Part shown: piece after piece, positions 1 through 9,221 of the stretch | Numbering within the stretch: position 1 is the stretch's first letter | How the letters are laid out: the number at the start of each line of letters is the position of its first letter | IMG/VR virus record: IMGVR_UViG_3300036466_000585 | Location: 8,275 to 72,274 of that record | Origin: a virus | Strand: one strand, 5' to 3' | DNA length: 64,000 nucleotides | The notes under the pieces: generated by a model | Databases searched by the model: none | Told to the model about the DNA's origin: nothing | Seen by the model: the letters and a program-made list of their open reading frames with translations, nothing else | Position numbers and translations under genes: made by a program

Positions 1-624
1 CCTGGCGACCAGCAGGAAGCGCTTGCGTGACTGCGCCAGGCCGCCTATCTCGCCGCAGTCGTGCGTGGTTTCCGCGACGTGGTAGCCGTAGTGCTCGAGC
101 ATGGCCACGATGCGATCGAGCAGCGGCCTCCCCCTGGTGGCGATCCTCGGCACGTTCTCGAAGATGATCAGCTCCGGCGGGTCGTCGGCGAACGCTTCCA
201 AGGTCAGCCACATGCCGCGAAGTGTCAGGCGGTTGAGCGCCTGGTACCGGGGCGTGGTGCTGCGCGACTGCGACAGCAGGCCGCTGAAGCCCTTACAAGG
301 CGCGCTCAGGAAGACGATGTTCGGCGCCTCGCCGCCGGCTGCCGCCTGAATGTCGGCGGGCGTGGCCTCTCGCCAGCCAGCGGGAGGCTCCACGCCGTGG
401 AAAGTGCGGTACTGGTCGCGATCGAACATGTCGAGCACGGTGCCCGGGGCGCCGGCCAGGCGCTGGAAGTCGGCGATGGCGGCGGCATCGACGTCGACGC
501 CGCCGATGCAGCGGAAGCGCGCCTCCATGTTGCCGACGCGCGCGTGCCCGCGGTTGAAGCCCTTGGCGCCGCCGCCCAGCCCGCAGAACAGGTGGAAGTG
601 CCGAATCTCGCGCTGCTCAATCAT
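1..624 (-). CDS. C5 cytosine DNA methyltransferase (runs off the left window edge)
   Basis: Manual translation from ATG at 624 (absent from ORF track): HLFCGLGGG (motif I), SAPCKGFS (motif IV, catalytic PC), FENVP (VI), QSRKR (VIII). Confidence 0.92.
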   Translation of the reverse strand, partial: MIEQREIRHFHLFCGLGGGAKGFNRGHARVGNMEARFRCIGGVDVDAAAIADFQRLAGAPGTVLDMFDRDQYRTFHGVEPPAGWREATPADIQAAAGGEAPNIVFLSAPCKGFSGLLSQSRSTTPRYQALNRLTLRGMWLTLEAFADDPPELIIFENVPRIATRGRPLLDRIVAMLEHYGYHVAETTHDCGEIGGLAQSRKRFLLVAR

Positions 625-820
625 GCGTGCCGCCCTCCAGGTTGGCCTTGATCCACTCCAGTTCGCCGGCGTGGCCGGCGTCCTGAAGCACGACGCGCCC
701 CTCGGGGTCGCGGATGATGCGGTGATGGCCGCCGCTCCCGCGGCGCGGGATGCGCTCGACCTGGTAGCCGTGCCGCGCCCACTTGGCGTTCGGTGAATCG
801 GGGTGCGGCTGGCCGGTCAT
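617..820 (-). CDS. hypothetical protein, 67 aa
   Basis: Overlaps the methyltransferase start at one end and the upstream stop (ATGA) at the other. Confidence 0.6.
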   Translation of the reverse strand: MTGQPHPDSPNAKWARHGYQVERIPRRGSGGHHRIIRDPEGRVVLQDAGHAGELEWIKANLEGGTHD

Positions 821-909
821 GACAGCCAGGCCTCGAGCTGCTGGGCGGCGAGGGCATTGGCTTGGGCGGCCTGGTGCCAGGCCTCAAAAACGGTGTCGAT
901 GTCGTGCAT
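817..909 (-). CDS. small hypothetical peptide, 30 aa (MHDIDTVFEAWHQ...)
   Basis: AGGAG RBS; stop overlaps next ATG. Confidence 0.5.
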   Translation of the reverse strand: MHDIDTVFEAWHQAAQANALAAQQLEAWLS

Positions 910-928
910 GTCGGTCTCCTCGAGCATG

Positions 929-955
929 AAAAAGGCCACCTCGGTGGGGTGGCCT
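929..955 (-). terminator. rho-independent terminator
   Basis: Minus strand: AGGCCACC stem / GGTGGCCT followed by T-run. Confidence 0.7.
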
Positions 956-956
956 A

Positions 957-1136
957 TCAGAAGTGGTTGAGCCGCCTGGCGCGTCGTCGCGCGCGGCGCT
1001 TGGCGGCGTGCCGCTGGTGAGCCTTCACGCTGCCGTACTTGGGCTTACGGGGCGCCTCGTGGCGAGGTATCGGGATGCCGGCCCATGTCCGGGCCTTGGT
1101 GCCGAGCATGGCGGCGATGCTGGTCAGTAGATTCAA
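957..1136 (-). CDS. small basic hypothetical protein, 59 aa
   Basis: TTG start overlapping upstream TGA; Arg-rich C-terminus (AAKRRARRRARRLNHF); ends just before the terminator. Confidence 0.45.
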   Translation of the reverse strand: MNLLTSIAAMLGTKARTWAGIPIPRHEAPRKPKYGSVKAHQRHAAKRRARRRARRLNHF

Positions 1137-1852
1137 GCCACAAACCTCCCGCCCGGCACCACGCGAATCCGGGGCTTGGCCCTGGCTTCCATCCAGCCCT
1201 TGGTATACGCGACCGGGCCAGCGTGGATATTCATGATGACCCCTGCCGCCTCCACGTTGTCCGTGATGGGCATGACGACGATCTTCCGGTTGGGTCGCTC
1301 TCCCTCAGGCGTCTCGCAGCGCAGCTCCACGCCCTCCCAGCCATCTCGCTCCATCCCCGCCATTGCCGAGAAAGAGTCGCTGAACAGGCCGACGTAGTGG
1401 CTGTTGATGCAGAAACTTGGCGAGCTGTGCGGATCCATCGCCGCCTCATCAGGGAAGGCTCCAGCAATGTCCGGCGGGTCGCCTTTGATCAGCCGGGCCT
1501 TGCCAGCAGTCAGGCAGGCATCCAGCTCGCTCTCACCGGCGGGCCGCCCCTTCCTGCTGCCGATAAGGGCTAGCCCTGAATCGGTGAGAAGGAATCGCCC
1601 ATCCGGGCGTGCAACCGACGCCTCGACAAGGCTTTGCTCGGGCTGAAAGGTGACACGGGCGGTGCCGGCCATCTTCCCGCCAGGGTCGCGCGCGATGATG
1701 GCCACGTGCCCGTTTGTAGCGGCCAGCAGCACGCCGCCCTTGGCGGCCGGAATGACCTGCATACCGGCCAGGCCCTCTCTCACGCCATCCCGGTCAGCGA
1801 AACGCATGACCGGCTCCAGGAAGCATGCGCTGAACTCGGCGATTGTTTTCAT
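1133..1852 (-). CDS. beta-sliding-clamp-like protein (truncated clamp fold)
   Basis: DGVREGLAGM...LLAATNGHVAII resembles the DnaN middle-domain R..L.GV...VATDGHRL; later GDPPDI and INSHYV resemble G.FPDY and FN..YL. Confidence 0.5.
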   Translation of the reverse strand: MKTIAEFSACFLEPVMRFADRDGVREGLAGMQVIPAAKGGVLLAATNGHVAIIARDPGGKMAGTARVTFQPEQSLVEASVARPDGRFLLTDSGLALIGSRKGRPAGESELDACLTAGKARLIKGDPPDIAGAFPDEAAMDPHSSPSFCINSHYVGLFSDSFSAMAGMERDGWEGVELRCETPEGERPNRKIVVMPITDNVEAAGVIMNIHAGPVAYTKGWMEARAKPRIRVVPGGRFVA

Positions 1853-2139
1853 GCCGCCTCCTTGTCGTCATCGGGCTTGGCGGCCTTGCCGCAGAAAGGG
1901 CAGAAGTTGGCGGTCACGAAGGTGTCGATCTTCTGGCGCTTGAGGCCGTCACCGTTCTTCTTCGGAACCCAGGCCTCGCCCTGGTAGCTGATCATGAACG
2001 GCGACATAAGCTGGTTGCCGGCCATGGCGAAGCCGTATCCCTTGAGCTTGGCGTCGAAGTCCTTGAATCCTTCAGGAAGCTTCGCCTTGACGTGCTCGGC
2101 CAGCTTCTCGGCGACCTTCGTTTGGCAATCGCACTGCAT
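1849..2139 (-). CDS. small zinc-binding hypothetical protein
   Basis: GGAGG RBS; N-terminal CDC and C-terminal FCPFCG; ATGA coupling to next gene. Confidence 0.65.
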   Translation of the reverse strand: MQCDCQTKVAEKLAEHVKAKLPEGFKDFDAKLKGYGFAMAGNQLMSPFMISYQGEAWVPKKNGDGLKRQKIDTFVTANFCPFCGKAAKPDDDKEAA

Positions 2140-2213
2140 GGTGTCCTCCAGAAACAGGAAGCCCCGCGGCATGGCGGGGCAGGGTAGTTGAGCCCCGCGG
2201 GCGCGGGGAACGG

Positions 2214-3305
2214 TCAGGCTGCCTTGGCTTGATCGCCGTCGAGGGGGACGATCCGGCTCAGGTCGTCCTCCATGCTGCCGTCGGCGGGGCGGAAGCGCCC
2301 CAGGTCTTCCCAGGTGAACTTGCCCGCCTCGATAGGGTTGCTGGTGTACCCGCAAGCACCGGGGCGATGGTAGGCGCCATGCCCCTTGTGCCAAATCATG
2401 TAGAGAGGCTCGTCGGCCGGAAACAGGATGCCTTTCAGGGTTTCGGCTCGCCGGAAGTCCATCGCCTTGACGGCCCTCGCCAGCTCCTGCTCGAGACGTC
2501 TGCGCCGCCGGCCGTCGTTGCGCTTGCGGCGGAGGTCGCCGGGGTTCTCCAGGTAGATGGCGCCGCTGTGCACGTTGATCACGTCGTACTTGCCGGTCAC
2601 CACCCACCACATGTTGTTGAGGTTGTAATAGGCGGTGCCGACCACCATCCGGTCGTCGTATCCGATGGCGTAGACGCGCGCGCCATGGGTGATGGTGCCG
2701 CCGTCGGCGGATTTGGCATTGCACGCCATGTTGATGCGGGCATGGCCCAGCTCTGCGACATAGTGGCCGCTGGAGCGATTGGCTTGCTCGACCCATTCCA
2801 GGGCGGTGAGCGCGCCTGGCCCGCGCTTAGCATGACGCCCATCGCGCAGCTTGTCGTTGAACCCATACCCGGCGAAGACGTTGCACAGGTAGGCGCGCAG
2901 TCGGCGGCGGGTGCGCTCCATCTCCAGCCAAAGCAGATAGGGCATCCGCTTTTCTTTATCGAAGTCGTAGCGCCCGCCGTTGGGATTCTCGACGTTGGCG
3001 ACGTCCTGCCACATCTCGAACTTGATGCAGCGGCCGGTGACTTCGAGCCGACCCTGCAGGTCGCCCTTTCGGCAGTAGCGGTAACCCTCGGCGAAGCGCC
3101 GGCCGTACCGCTCGACCATGTCCTCCGGCACCTCCGTCTGCCAGCCAATCCGGCGAAGCTGCTGGGCGATGCGCAGGAAGGCATCCTTCTTGAACTGGCG
3201 CTCCCATGCCTGCCACTGAAGCGGACCTTGGCGTTTCGGGTCCTCCCAGACGTTCAGACTGGCATCGCCGAAGCTCACGGTGCCGTTTCGATCAATCGTT
3301 GGCAT
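2214..3305 (-). CDS. phage hypothetical protein, 363 aa
   Basis: AAGGAGG RBS, normal composition, in operon orientation. Confidence 0.75.
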   Translation of the reverse strand: MPTIDRNGTVSFGDASLNVWEDPKRQGPLQWQAWERQFKKDAFLRIAQQLRRIGWQTEVPEDMVERYGRRFAEGYRYCRKGDLQGRLEVTGRCIKFEMWQDVANVENPNGGRYDFDKEKRMPYLLWLEMERTRRRLRAYLCNVFAGYGFNDKLRDGRHAKRGPGALTALEWVEQANRSSGHYVAELGHARINMACNAKSADGGTITHGARVYAIGYDDRMVVGTAYYNLNNMWWVVTGKYDVINVHSGAIYLENPGDLRRKRNDGRRRRRLEQELARAVKAMDFRRAETLKGILFPADEPLYMIWHKGHGAYHRPGACGYTSNPIEAGKFTWEDLGRFRPADGSMEDDLSRIVPLDGDQAKAA

Positions 3306-3329
3306 GCTGCCTCCTTGTAGCTGCCCGGG

Positions 3330-3881
3330 TCAGCCCCCGGCGATATTCGGGAACCGGGCGAAGGGGATCTCGTCGTTGAAGTCGTCGAAGCCGCCGCCAC
3401 CGCCTTGCGGGGCCTGGCTGGGCGGCGGGGCGCCGTAACCGGGCGGCTGGCTCTGTGGCGGCCGGCGCTGCTGCTGGCCGCCCTGGCCATAACCGCCTTG
3501 TGGCTGGCCGCCGTAGCCGCCGGCCGACTGCCCCTGCTGGTCGCCGCGCGAGTCGAGCATCTGCATGTCGTTGGCGACGATTTCCGTGCTGTAGCGGTCC
3601 TGGCCGTCCTGCCCCTGCCACTTGCGGGTCTGAAGCCGCCCCTCGATGTAGACCTTGGAGCCCTTGCGCAGGTACTGCTGGGCGATCTCGGCCAACTTGT
3701 TGAACAGCACGACGCTATGCCATTCGGTGCGCTCCTGGCGCTGGCTGCTCTGGCGGTCCATCCAGCTGTCGGTGGTGGCCAGCCTCAGGTTGGCGACCGG
3801 GTTGCCGGACGGCATGTAGCGCGTCTCCGGATCCTGCCCCAGGTGGCCGATGAGGATGACCTTGTTCACTCCGCGTGCCAT
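3330..3881 (-). CDS. ssb: single-stranded DNA-binding protein
   Basis: [19 protein letters not shown]...TEWH...[16 protein letters not shown]; Gly/Gln linker; acidic DDFNDEIPF. Confidence 0.97.
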   Translation of the reverse strand: MARGVNKVILIGHLGQDPETRYMPSGNPVANLRLATTDSWMDRQSSQRQERTEWHSVVLFNKLAEIAQQYLRKGSKVYIEGRLQTRKWQGQDGQDRYSTEIVANDMQMLDSRGDQQGQSAGGYGGQPQGGYGQGGQQQRRPPQSQPPGYGAPPPSQAPQGGGGGFDDFNDEIPFARFPNIAGG

Positions 3882-3926
3882 GGCGGCTCCTTGTAGGCGG
3901 GCGGCCGCGTGGGCCGCCCTGGTGGG

Positions 3927-4940
3927 TTACTGCGCGCTGGTCTTCAGTTCGGCCAGGCGCGCCTTGTAGGCCTCGTTGACCACGCCGTGGTCGGACTCCG
4001 GCACGTGGCGAGCCAGGTCGATGGCCTCGGCCATCTCGTCCCGGGTGGTGGCCTTCTTGATCTGCTCGCAGACGTAGGCGCAGGTGATCTCGCCGCCGGG
4101 GCCGGCGCCTTCCGGCGGCGTGTCGTCGGCCTTGGGCTCGGCCGTGGTCTCGTAGACCTCCCGGGCCTGGCGTTGCTGCTGGGCCTTCTGGCGGCGCTGG
4201 GCCAGCTTGTCGCCGACCCGTCCGGCGGTACCGGCGCGCTGCTGCTGGCCGCCGTTGGCGGGCGCCTGCTGGGCGGGCTGCCCGGCCTCGGGGGTGATAT
4301 CGCGCTCCTCCTCGGCCATGCGGATGCCCTTCAGCTCCGGGGTGAAGGTGTCGCGCAGCGCGAAGCCGCGGGCGCGCATTTGCAGCATGCGCTTGGGGTA
4401 CTGCTGCCAGGGTCCTTGCTTGCCCAGCAGCCCGGCGTCCTTGGCATCGGCCATGCTGAAGGTGTAGTGGGCGACGTTGCCGTTCGGCCGGCGGCGCACC
4501 GTGCAATTGGCGACCATCTGGGCGCCTTCGCCCTCTATCCACTCCTGAAAGTCGGCCTCGGACCAGGCTGGTGCCGCGCGGCAGATGGCCAGCATCATGT
4601 CGCCCCAGATGGTGGGCCGGCCGTTGATCACCGCGATGTTCTGGATGGCTTGCAGCGGGCTGGTGATACCCAGCTCGACGCCGGTCTGCCAGGCGATCAT
4701 CACGTTGCCGGGCTTGCCCTTGTAGTCCTTCGGCGCCAGGTCGCTCTGGGCGATCATGTCGGACATGCGCCACACGTCATCGAAGGTGCGCGGCGTCATG
4801 GCCTTCATGAACTGGTTGCGCACCTCGTTGCTCGCCAGCTCGACGTCGCTGGAGGATTCGGCCGAGGCCGGAGCGTGGAACTCCGGCTCCTGCAGGTTCT
4901 GATGCTGGACGGCTTCGGCGGTCTGGGTGTCGGTGGTCAT
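3927..4940 (-). CDS. recT: RecT-family single-strand annealing protein
   Basis: SDLAPKDYKGKPGNV...GVELGI..LQAIQNIAVINGRPTIWGD...WQQYPKRMLQMRAR; lies between exonuclease and ssb. Confidence 0.8.
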   Translation of the reverse strand: MTTDTQTAEAVQHQNLQEPEFHAPASAESSSDVELASNEVRNQFMKAMTPRTFDDVWRMSDMIAQSDLAPKDYKGKPGNVMIAWQTGVELGITSPLQAIQNIAVINGRPTIWGDMMLAICRAAPAWSEADFQEWIEGEGAQMVANCTVRRRPNGNVAHYTFSMADAKDAGLLGKQGPWQQYPKRMLQMRARGFALRDTFTPELKGIRMAEEERDITPEAGQPAQQAPANGGQQQRAGTAGRVGDKLAQRRQKAQQQRQAREVYETTAEPKADDTPPEGAGPGGEITCAYVCEQIKKATTRDEMAEAIDLARHVPESDHGVVNEAYKARLAELKTSAQ

Positions 4941-5230
4941 GATTCGCTCCTTTTGACGTATCCACGGATGAGGGCTTCGCGTTCGAACTCCTCATCGGGC
5001 GTGCGCATGGCGTAGAGGGGGCTGCCGAGCTGGCGGTGGGTGAGCTGGGCCACATGGCCCAGCATCTCGTCCCAGGCGAGACGGTCGACGCGGCGGTCGC
5101 CTTCGATCACGTCGAAGTGCCCGTCGCTGTACTGCTGGATGATGAAGGTCCGCGCAAGCTCGCGGGGCGGCAGGCGAGGCGGCTCGGCAGGTGCCGGCCG
5201 CCGCTTGGGGATGACGGTGACCTCGCCCAT
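4937..5230 (-). CDS. hypothetical protein
   Basis: GGAGG RBS, tightly packed between neighbours. Confidence 0.6.
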   Translation of the reverse strand: MGEVTVIPKRRPAPAEPPRLPPRELARTFIIQQYSDGHFDVIEGDRRVDRLAWDEMLGHVAQLTHRQLGSPLYAMRTPDEEFEREALIRGYVKRSES

Positions 5231-5231
5231 G

Positions 5232-6323
5232 TCAGGCCGCCTCCTCGGTCTCGTGTTCGCTCTGGGCAGCCAGCTGGTCCTTCTCGGCCTTGTTCATCTT
5301 CCCGTAGCGGATATCGACGTACTCGCTCTCGCCGACCTCGACGGTGTAGGCCTTGCGCTTCACCACCTTGCGGCGCATCACCTGGTCGTCGCCGAAGGTG
5401 GCCACCGCGGCGTCGCCCATGGCCTTGAGGATGCGGGCGCGGGCCACCTTGGCGGTGGTCTCCAGGGCCTTGATCTCCTCCTTGGCCTGCTGCTCGACCT
5501 TGCGCCAGTGCTCGAGCTCGGCCAGGTCGACCATGCTGCCATCGGTGCCCGGGTACAGGCGCTTGAGCAGCTCGATGGCCTTGGGGTGCTCGACGTCGAT
5601 GTCCGGAAGCTCGCCGCGCTGAATGGTGGCCCACAGCTCGCCCTCCAGGGCGATCAGGTCATCGATCAGGTCGTCATCGCGCAGGATGGGGTACCAGCGG
5701 GTCTCCCAGCCGGCGATGGTCACCACCAGGAAGCCCCACTCGTAGCCGGTGACGGCCAGCTGGTGTTGCACCTGAATGAAGTAGTCCTCCGGCACCTCGC
5801 CTGTGGTGCACAGCCCCCCGGTGGTATGCACGTTGTCCGGCTTGCCCCAGCCCTTGGCGAACTCGACGTTCTTGAGCTCGGCCACGCCCGGGCCCTTCAC
5901 GGTCTGGCCCATGACCAGCTCGAGCCAGGCCGACTGGGCATCGGTGACGCCGACGATGCGGCGGTCGATGTTGGCCATCATGAAGGGGTGCTCGGGGTGG
6001 GCCAGCATGCAGTTGAAGTTCTGGACGTTGAGCCCCGTGAACTCGGCGAAGCGGGCAGCGGTCACCGGCTCCATGACGTGGCCCATGGCCATCTTCTGGC
6101 GGCGCCGGTAGTTGGCGTCGGCGTCGTCGCTGGAAAGGCCCAGCTTGCGCTCGGCGATCTCGAAGGGAGTGCGGTGCTCGCTGGCTCCGACGGCGGCCGC
6201 GGCCTCGCTGGCCCCGATGCCCAGGCCGCGCAGCGACAGCCACACCTCCTCGGGCATATCCAGGGTGGCGACGCGATGATTGGTGGTCAGCTCGTGCTTG
6301 GCTTGTTCAATGGTCATGCGCAT
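5232..6323 (-). CDS. YqaJ / lambda-exonuclease-family recombination nuclease
   Basis: WLSLRGLGIGASEAAA, MGHVMEP, ANIDR, ELKN, YFIQVQHQLAVTG; start set at ATG 6323 (GAGG RBS). Confidence 0.9.
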   Translation of the reverse strand: MRMTIEQAKHELTTNHRVATLDMPEEVWLSLRGLGIGASEAAAAVGASEHRTPFEIAERKLGLSSDDADANYRRRQKMAMGHVMEPVTAARFAEFTGLNVQNFNCMLAHPEHPFMMANIDRRIVGVTDAQSAWLELVMGQTVKGPGVAELKNVEFAKGWGKPDNVHTTGGLCTTGEVPEDYFIQVQHQLAVTGYEWGFLVVTIAGWETRWYPILRDDDLIDDLIALEGELWATIQRGELPDIDVEHPKAIELLKRLYPGTDGSMVDLAELEHWRKVEQQAKEEIKALETTAKVARARILKAMGDAAVATFGDDQVMRRKVVKRKAYTVEVGESEYVDIRYGKMNKAEKDQLAAQSEHETEEAA

Positions 6324-6406
6324 GGTGCTATCCTCGTTCGGGTGATGCGATATAGGTTGTCGGTCACTGCAACGGGCCCCGTCAGGTGCGAACTGGCGGG
6401 GCCTTT

Positions 6407-6724
6407 TCATGCGAATTGAGAGGCGCGCCTGCAGCGCTCTCGGTCGGCGAAGTTCCAGTAGCCGTCCTTGCAGTTGCGCTTCCCCTTGGTGCGGCTGCGG
6501 CCGTTCGAGCAGAACACCTTCTGGTAAGTGGTCTTCACGTGAAGGCGGCGGCAAGTAGGGCAGCGGATGGTGGCGCCGACTTGGGCGCGCCGGGCGTCGG
6601 CGTAGAGCGCGCGCATGCGGTCGCGATCCGACTCGATGCGCTCGTCTTCCAGCTCTCGAAGATCATCCTCGGCGCCACCGTCGGACATGTCGTCCAGGGC
6701 ATCGGCTTCACTGCATGTATTCAT
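6407..6724 (-). CDS. Cys-rich hypothetical protein
   Basis: AGGAG RBS; CPTC...FCS...CKD. Confidence 0.6.
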   Translation of the reverse strand: MNTCSEADALDDMSDGGAEDDLRELEDERIESDRDRMRALYADARRAQVGATIRCPTCRRLHVKTTYQKVFCSNGRSRTKGKRNCKDGYWNFADRERCRRASQFA

Positions 6725-7164
6725 GACGTCTCCTGTGTTTGTTCGCCGCGAGCCTTGGCCAGGGCGGTGCGAGCCTGGTCCTGTGCCGGGCCGCTGTTTC
6801 CACATACGCTGCGCTCCACAGCTGCGAGCAGAGTTTCCAGTGCCTCGTACAGCTCCTCGCCTGCCTTGCGCTTCATGCCGCGGGCCTCGGAAATACGGCG
6901 CTGCTCGGCCGCCAAGTCGTCAACATCACCCTCTCGGAACATCTGCCGGCAGAGGTTGTTGAAGTGCTTGTGCGTCGGTATCCATGGTCTGTCCTCGCCG
7001 CTGAATGACAGCCGAGCGACCTCTCGCGCATCCAGGTCCCTGGTCCGGGCCATGACTTTGCCGTCGTTGAACAGCTGAAAGCGCACGCCTTCTTTGTGGT
7101 ACTCCGGGTAAACCGGGGTGGGCTGATCGTTCATGTCAGGTCCTCTGAGGCTCGGGATTGTCAT
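6721..7164 (-). CDS. hypothetical protein (alternative start 7134)
   Basis: ATGA coupling at both ends; C-terminal ELYEALE...ARTALAKARG motif common in phage early proteins. Confidence 0.6.
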   Translation of the reverse strand: MTIPSLRGPDMNDQPTPVYPEYHKEGVRFQLFNDGKVMARTRDLDAREVARLSFSGEDRPWIPTHKHFNNLCRQMFREGDVDDLAAEQRRISEARGMKRKAGEELYEALETLLAAVERSVCGNSGPAQDQARTALAKARGEQTQETS

Positions 7165-7439
7165 GCCAGGGCGCGGGCTTCAAGGGAATCGAGGTGGGCA
7201 TCGATGCGTGCCTCGTCTCGGCGTGATTGGAGCGTGGCTTCGTGCTGATCCAGGATGGCGAGGTCGTCGGCGTCGGTGATCTTGGCCAGCAGCCAGTTGG
7301 CCTTGTAGCCGCGCCGGTCGTAGACCTCGTATTCGATTTCCGGCCCGCTGGGCGGCTCGAAGAAGCTGCCCGAATCGGCGGGGGTGTAGCTGATGACATC
7401 CACTAGGCAGGGGATGCCGGCGATGCGGGTCTTCATCAT
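7161..7439 (-). CDS. phage hypothetical protein
   Basis: TRIAGIPC...EYEVYDRRGYKANWL; coupled to neighbours. Confidence 0.65.
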   Translation of the reverse strand: MMKTRIAGIPCLVDVISYTPADSGSFFEPPSGPEIEYEVYDRRGYKANWLLAKITDADDLAILDQHEATLQSRRDEARIDAHLDSLEARALA

Positions 7440-7657
7440 GAGCCGTGACCCTCCCGGCCCTGGCGTTCGCGATGCCAGTCGATAACCGCCCGCAGGCTGC
7501 CGCGGGCAGCGCTGGCGGCGTCCAGGCTATCGATCCGCGTGGCGTCCTCGCTGGCGGCGAGCAGTCGGCCCAGTCCGACGGATAGTTCGGGGCCAAGGTT
7601 CGGGTCGTGGACGGCTTCACGCAGGGCGCTCAACAGCTCGATGTCGTCGATTTCCAT
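7436..7657 (-). CDS. hypothetical protein
   Basis: GGAGG RBS; ATGA coupling. Confidence 0.6.
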   Translation of the reverse strand: MEIDDIELLSALREAVHDPNLGPELSVGLGRLLAASEDATRIDSLDAASAARGSLRAVIDWHRERQGREGHGS

Positions 7658-7667
7658 GCAACCTCCG

Positions 7668-7754
7668 TCAGCGGGTCAGAAAGGCGAGCACCACGGCGGA
7701 GACGATCAGCGCCATGGCGATGCTCAGTCCGTGATTGACGATCAATTCGGTCAC
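7668..7754 (-). CDS. 28-aa single-TM peptide (MTELIVNHGLSIAMALIVSAVVLAFLTR)
   Basis: GTG overlaps upstream TAG; hydrophobic stretch; fills the operon gap. Confidence 0.45.
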   Translation of the reverse strand: MTELIVNHGLSIAMALIVSAVVLAFLTR

Positions 7755-7969
7755 TACGCGCTCCACAGTTGGAGCAGCGGGGCAGACTGCCCGGCGTAGC
7801 GGTTATGGAAGTCGGCCCAGCGCCTGGCGTTGGCCTTGTCTTGAGCGCTGAGGATATTGCGCGGGTTGAACGGCCGACTGGCGATAATGGGGTGCTCGGG
7901 GCCGGTGATAATCACGCCGCGCGCTCGTTGCTGGGCAACGTGTTCGATGAAAACCGGGCTGCGTTTCAT
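7754..7969 (-). CDS. hypothetical protein
   Basis: GAGG RBS; coupled. Confidence 0.55.
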   Translation of the reverse strand: MKRSPVFIEHVAQQRARGVIITGPEHPIIASRPFNPRNILSAQDKANARRWADFHNRYAGQSAPLLQLWSA

Positions 7970-8064
7970 GGCTGCACCTCGTCACCGCAAAAGCGTGTGA
8001 TAACGGCCGGATCGATGTGGGTGGCCAGCGCTCTGGCCACGGCTGCCGCTGGGTTCATTGCCAT
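7966..8064 (-). CDS. 32-aa peptide (MAMNPAAAVAS...)
   Basis: Strong AAGGAGGT RBS; stop overlaps next ATG. Confidence 0.45.
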   Translation of the reverse strand: MAMNPAAAVARALATHIDPAVITRFCGDEVQP

Positions 8065-8212
8065 ACCTCCTTGAGCTCACGCTTGAGCTGCATGTCGCGC
8101 AGCTTTTGGTCAATGAGTCGTCGGCAGGCGTAGCGGGAGGCGCCGCGCTGGTCGTTCAGCATGCGGCGTTCGTTTTTTGTGATCGGCGTCATACCAGGCT
8201 CCGTGTATCCGT

Positions 8213-8236
8213 AAAAAAGCCCGCGCGGTGGCGGGC
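8213..8236 (-). terminator. rho-independent terminator
   Basis: Minus strand GCCCGC-loop-GCGGGC-TTTTTT. Confidence 0.75.
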
Positions 8237-8441
8237 AATACGCAGGGAACTGAAGTGCCGGTTACAGCGTTCGGCGCACTTTTCGCAGGCTTGGTTATCG
8301 CCCTGTGCTGAAACATCGGTGAGAGCCCTCACTGCCAGGGCGTTTCAGCAAAGACTCTCACCGGTGCCGCCTGTATTCCGGCCCAGGCGCGGGCTCGATC
8401 CTGCTCGCGGTCATGGCGCGCCGTATCAACCTCGACTGTGC

Positions 8442-8681
8442 TCATGACTGCTCTCCCCGTGCTTCATGCCACTGTCGTTTTGTGCAAACCACCCAGGCGT
8501 GAGAAAGCCCGACGTGGTGATCGCGCTTGATGTAATTCTTGCGCCACCACCGATTTTTCGAACCGATGTATCGGGCAACGCTGACATGATCTCCGTCCCA
8601 TTGGGGTATATTGGCGGCACACCATTTGATGAACGCTCTTGCCTTATCGGATGGAGCGGGGTTATGGCAATACCTGGTCAC
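8442..8681 (-). CDS. hypothetical protein
   Basis: GTG start after AGAAGG; operon orientation. Confidence 0.4.
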   Translation of the reverse strand: MTRYCHNPAPSDKARAFIKWCAANIPQWDGDHVSVARYIGSKNRWWRKNYIKRDHHVGLSHAWVVCTKRQWHEARGEQS

Positions 8682-8922
8682 ATGCCTTCTCCACTCGACG
8701 CCGTGCCGACAACAGCGCGTCGACAGCATCGATAATCGGATTGATCTGTTCCGCTGCTAGGCCTTTGAGATGCCGAGGCGCGGCGCTCTTTGCGTACCGA
8801 AGCGCTGATTCGCACATGATCCAGTCGCCTGCGTAGGCGAAATGAAGCGCTGTAGATAGGCTTCGATGCGTCTGCGAATTGGGCTCGTACAGACCGACGA
8901 GCGATGAGATTTCGGCGATCAT
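8662..8922 (-). CDS. hypothetical protein
   Basis: ATGA coupling with upstream gene. Confidence 0.5.
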   Translation of the reverse strand: MIAEISSLVGLYEPNSQTHRSLSTALHFAYAGDWIMCESALRYAKSAAPRHLKGLAAEQINPIIDAVDALLSARRRVEKACDQVLP

Positions 8923-9137
8923 GTGGGGCGCTCCAGTGAGGCTAGGAGGGCGTCGGCATGCTCGATGGCCTCACTTGTTACATCGGCGACACGGTGTCGC
9001 CCGTCGTCGAAGTATCCGCTGGCAAGCAGTCCTTGCATCGCCGCCATGGCGAATCGCTCGCGCTTGGATAAACCATTGAAATCCTCGTCTTCGTGAAGAC
9101 CTGGCACCGGCATCGCCGGCCTATCTGCATTTTTCAT
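8919..9137 (-). CDS. small phage early protein (GLSKRE.FAMAAMQGL family)
   Basis: PAMP...GLSKRERFAMAAMQGLLA...AIEHADALLASL motif; GGAG RBS. Confidence 0.75.
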   Translation of the reverse strand: MKNADRPAMPVPGLHEDEDFNGLSKRERFAMAAMQGLLASGYFDDGRHRVADVTSEAIEHADALLASLERPT

Positions 9138-9163
9138 CTAACACGCTCCGTCATTGAGTGAAT

Positions 9164-9221
9164 TGCGCCAAGGCGGGATTCGAACCCGCAACCAGCGGCT
9201 TATGAGGCCGATGCTCTAACG
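9164..9221 (-). tRNA. 5'-truncated tRNA remnant, anticodon CAT (Met/Ile2)
   Basis: Minus strand GTTAGAGCA-TCGGC-CTCATAA-GCCGC-TGGTT-GCGGG-TTCGAAT-CCCGC-CTTGGCGCA; 5' acceptor strand and 5' D-stem absent; no CCA. Confidence 0.7.

Noticed and set aside
61-651. Plus-strand 196-aa ORF
   Set aside because: Shadow of the minus-strand methyltransferase, which the track missed because it lacks a stop in the window
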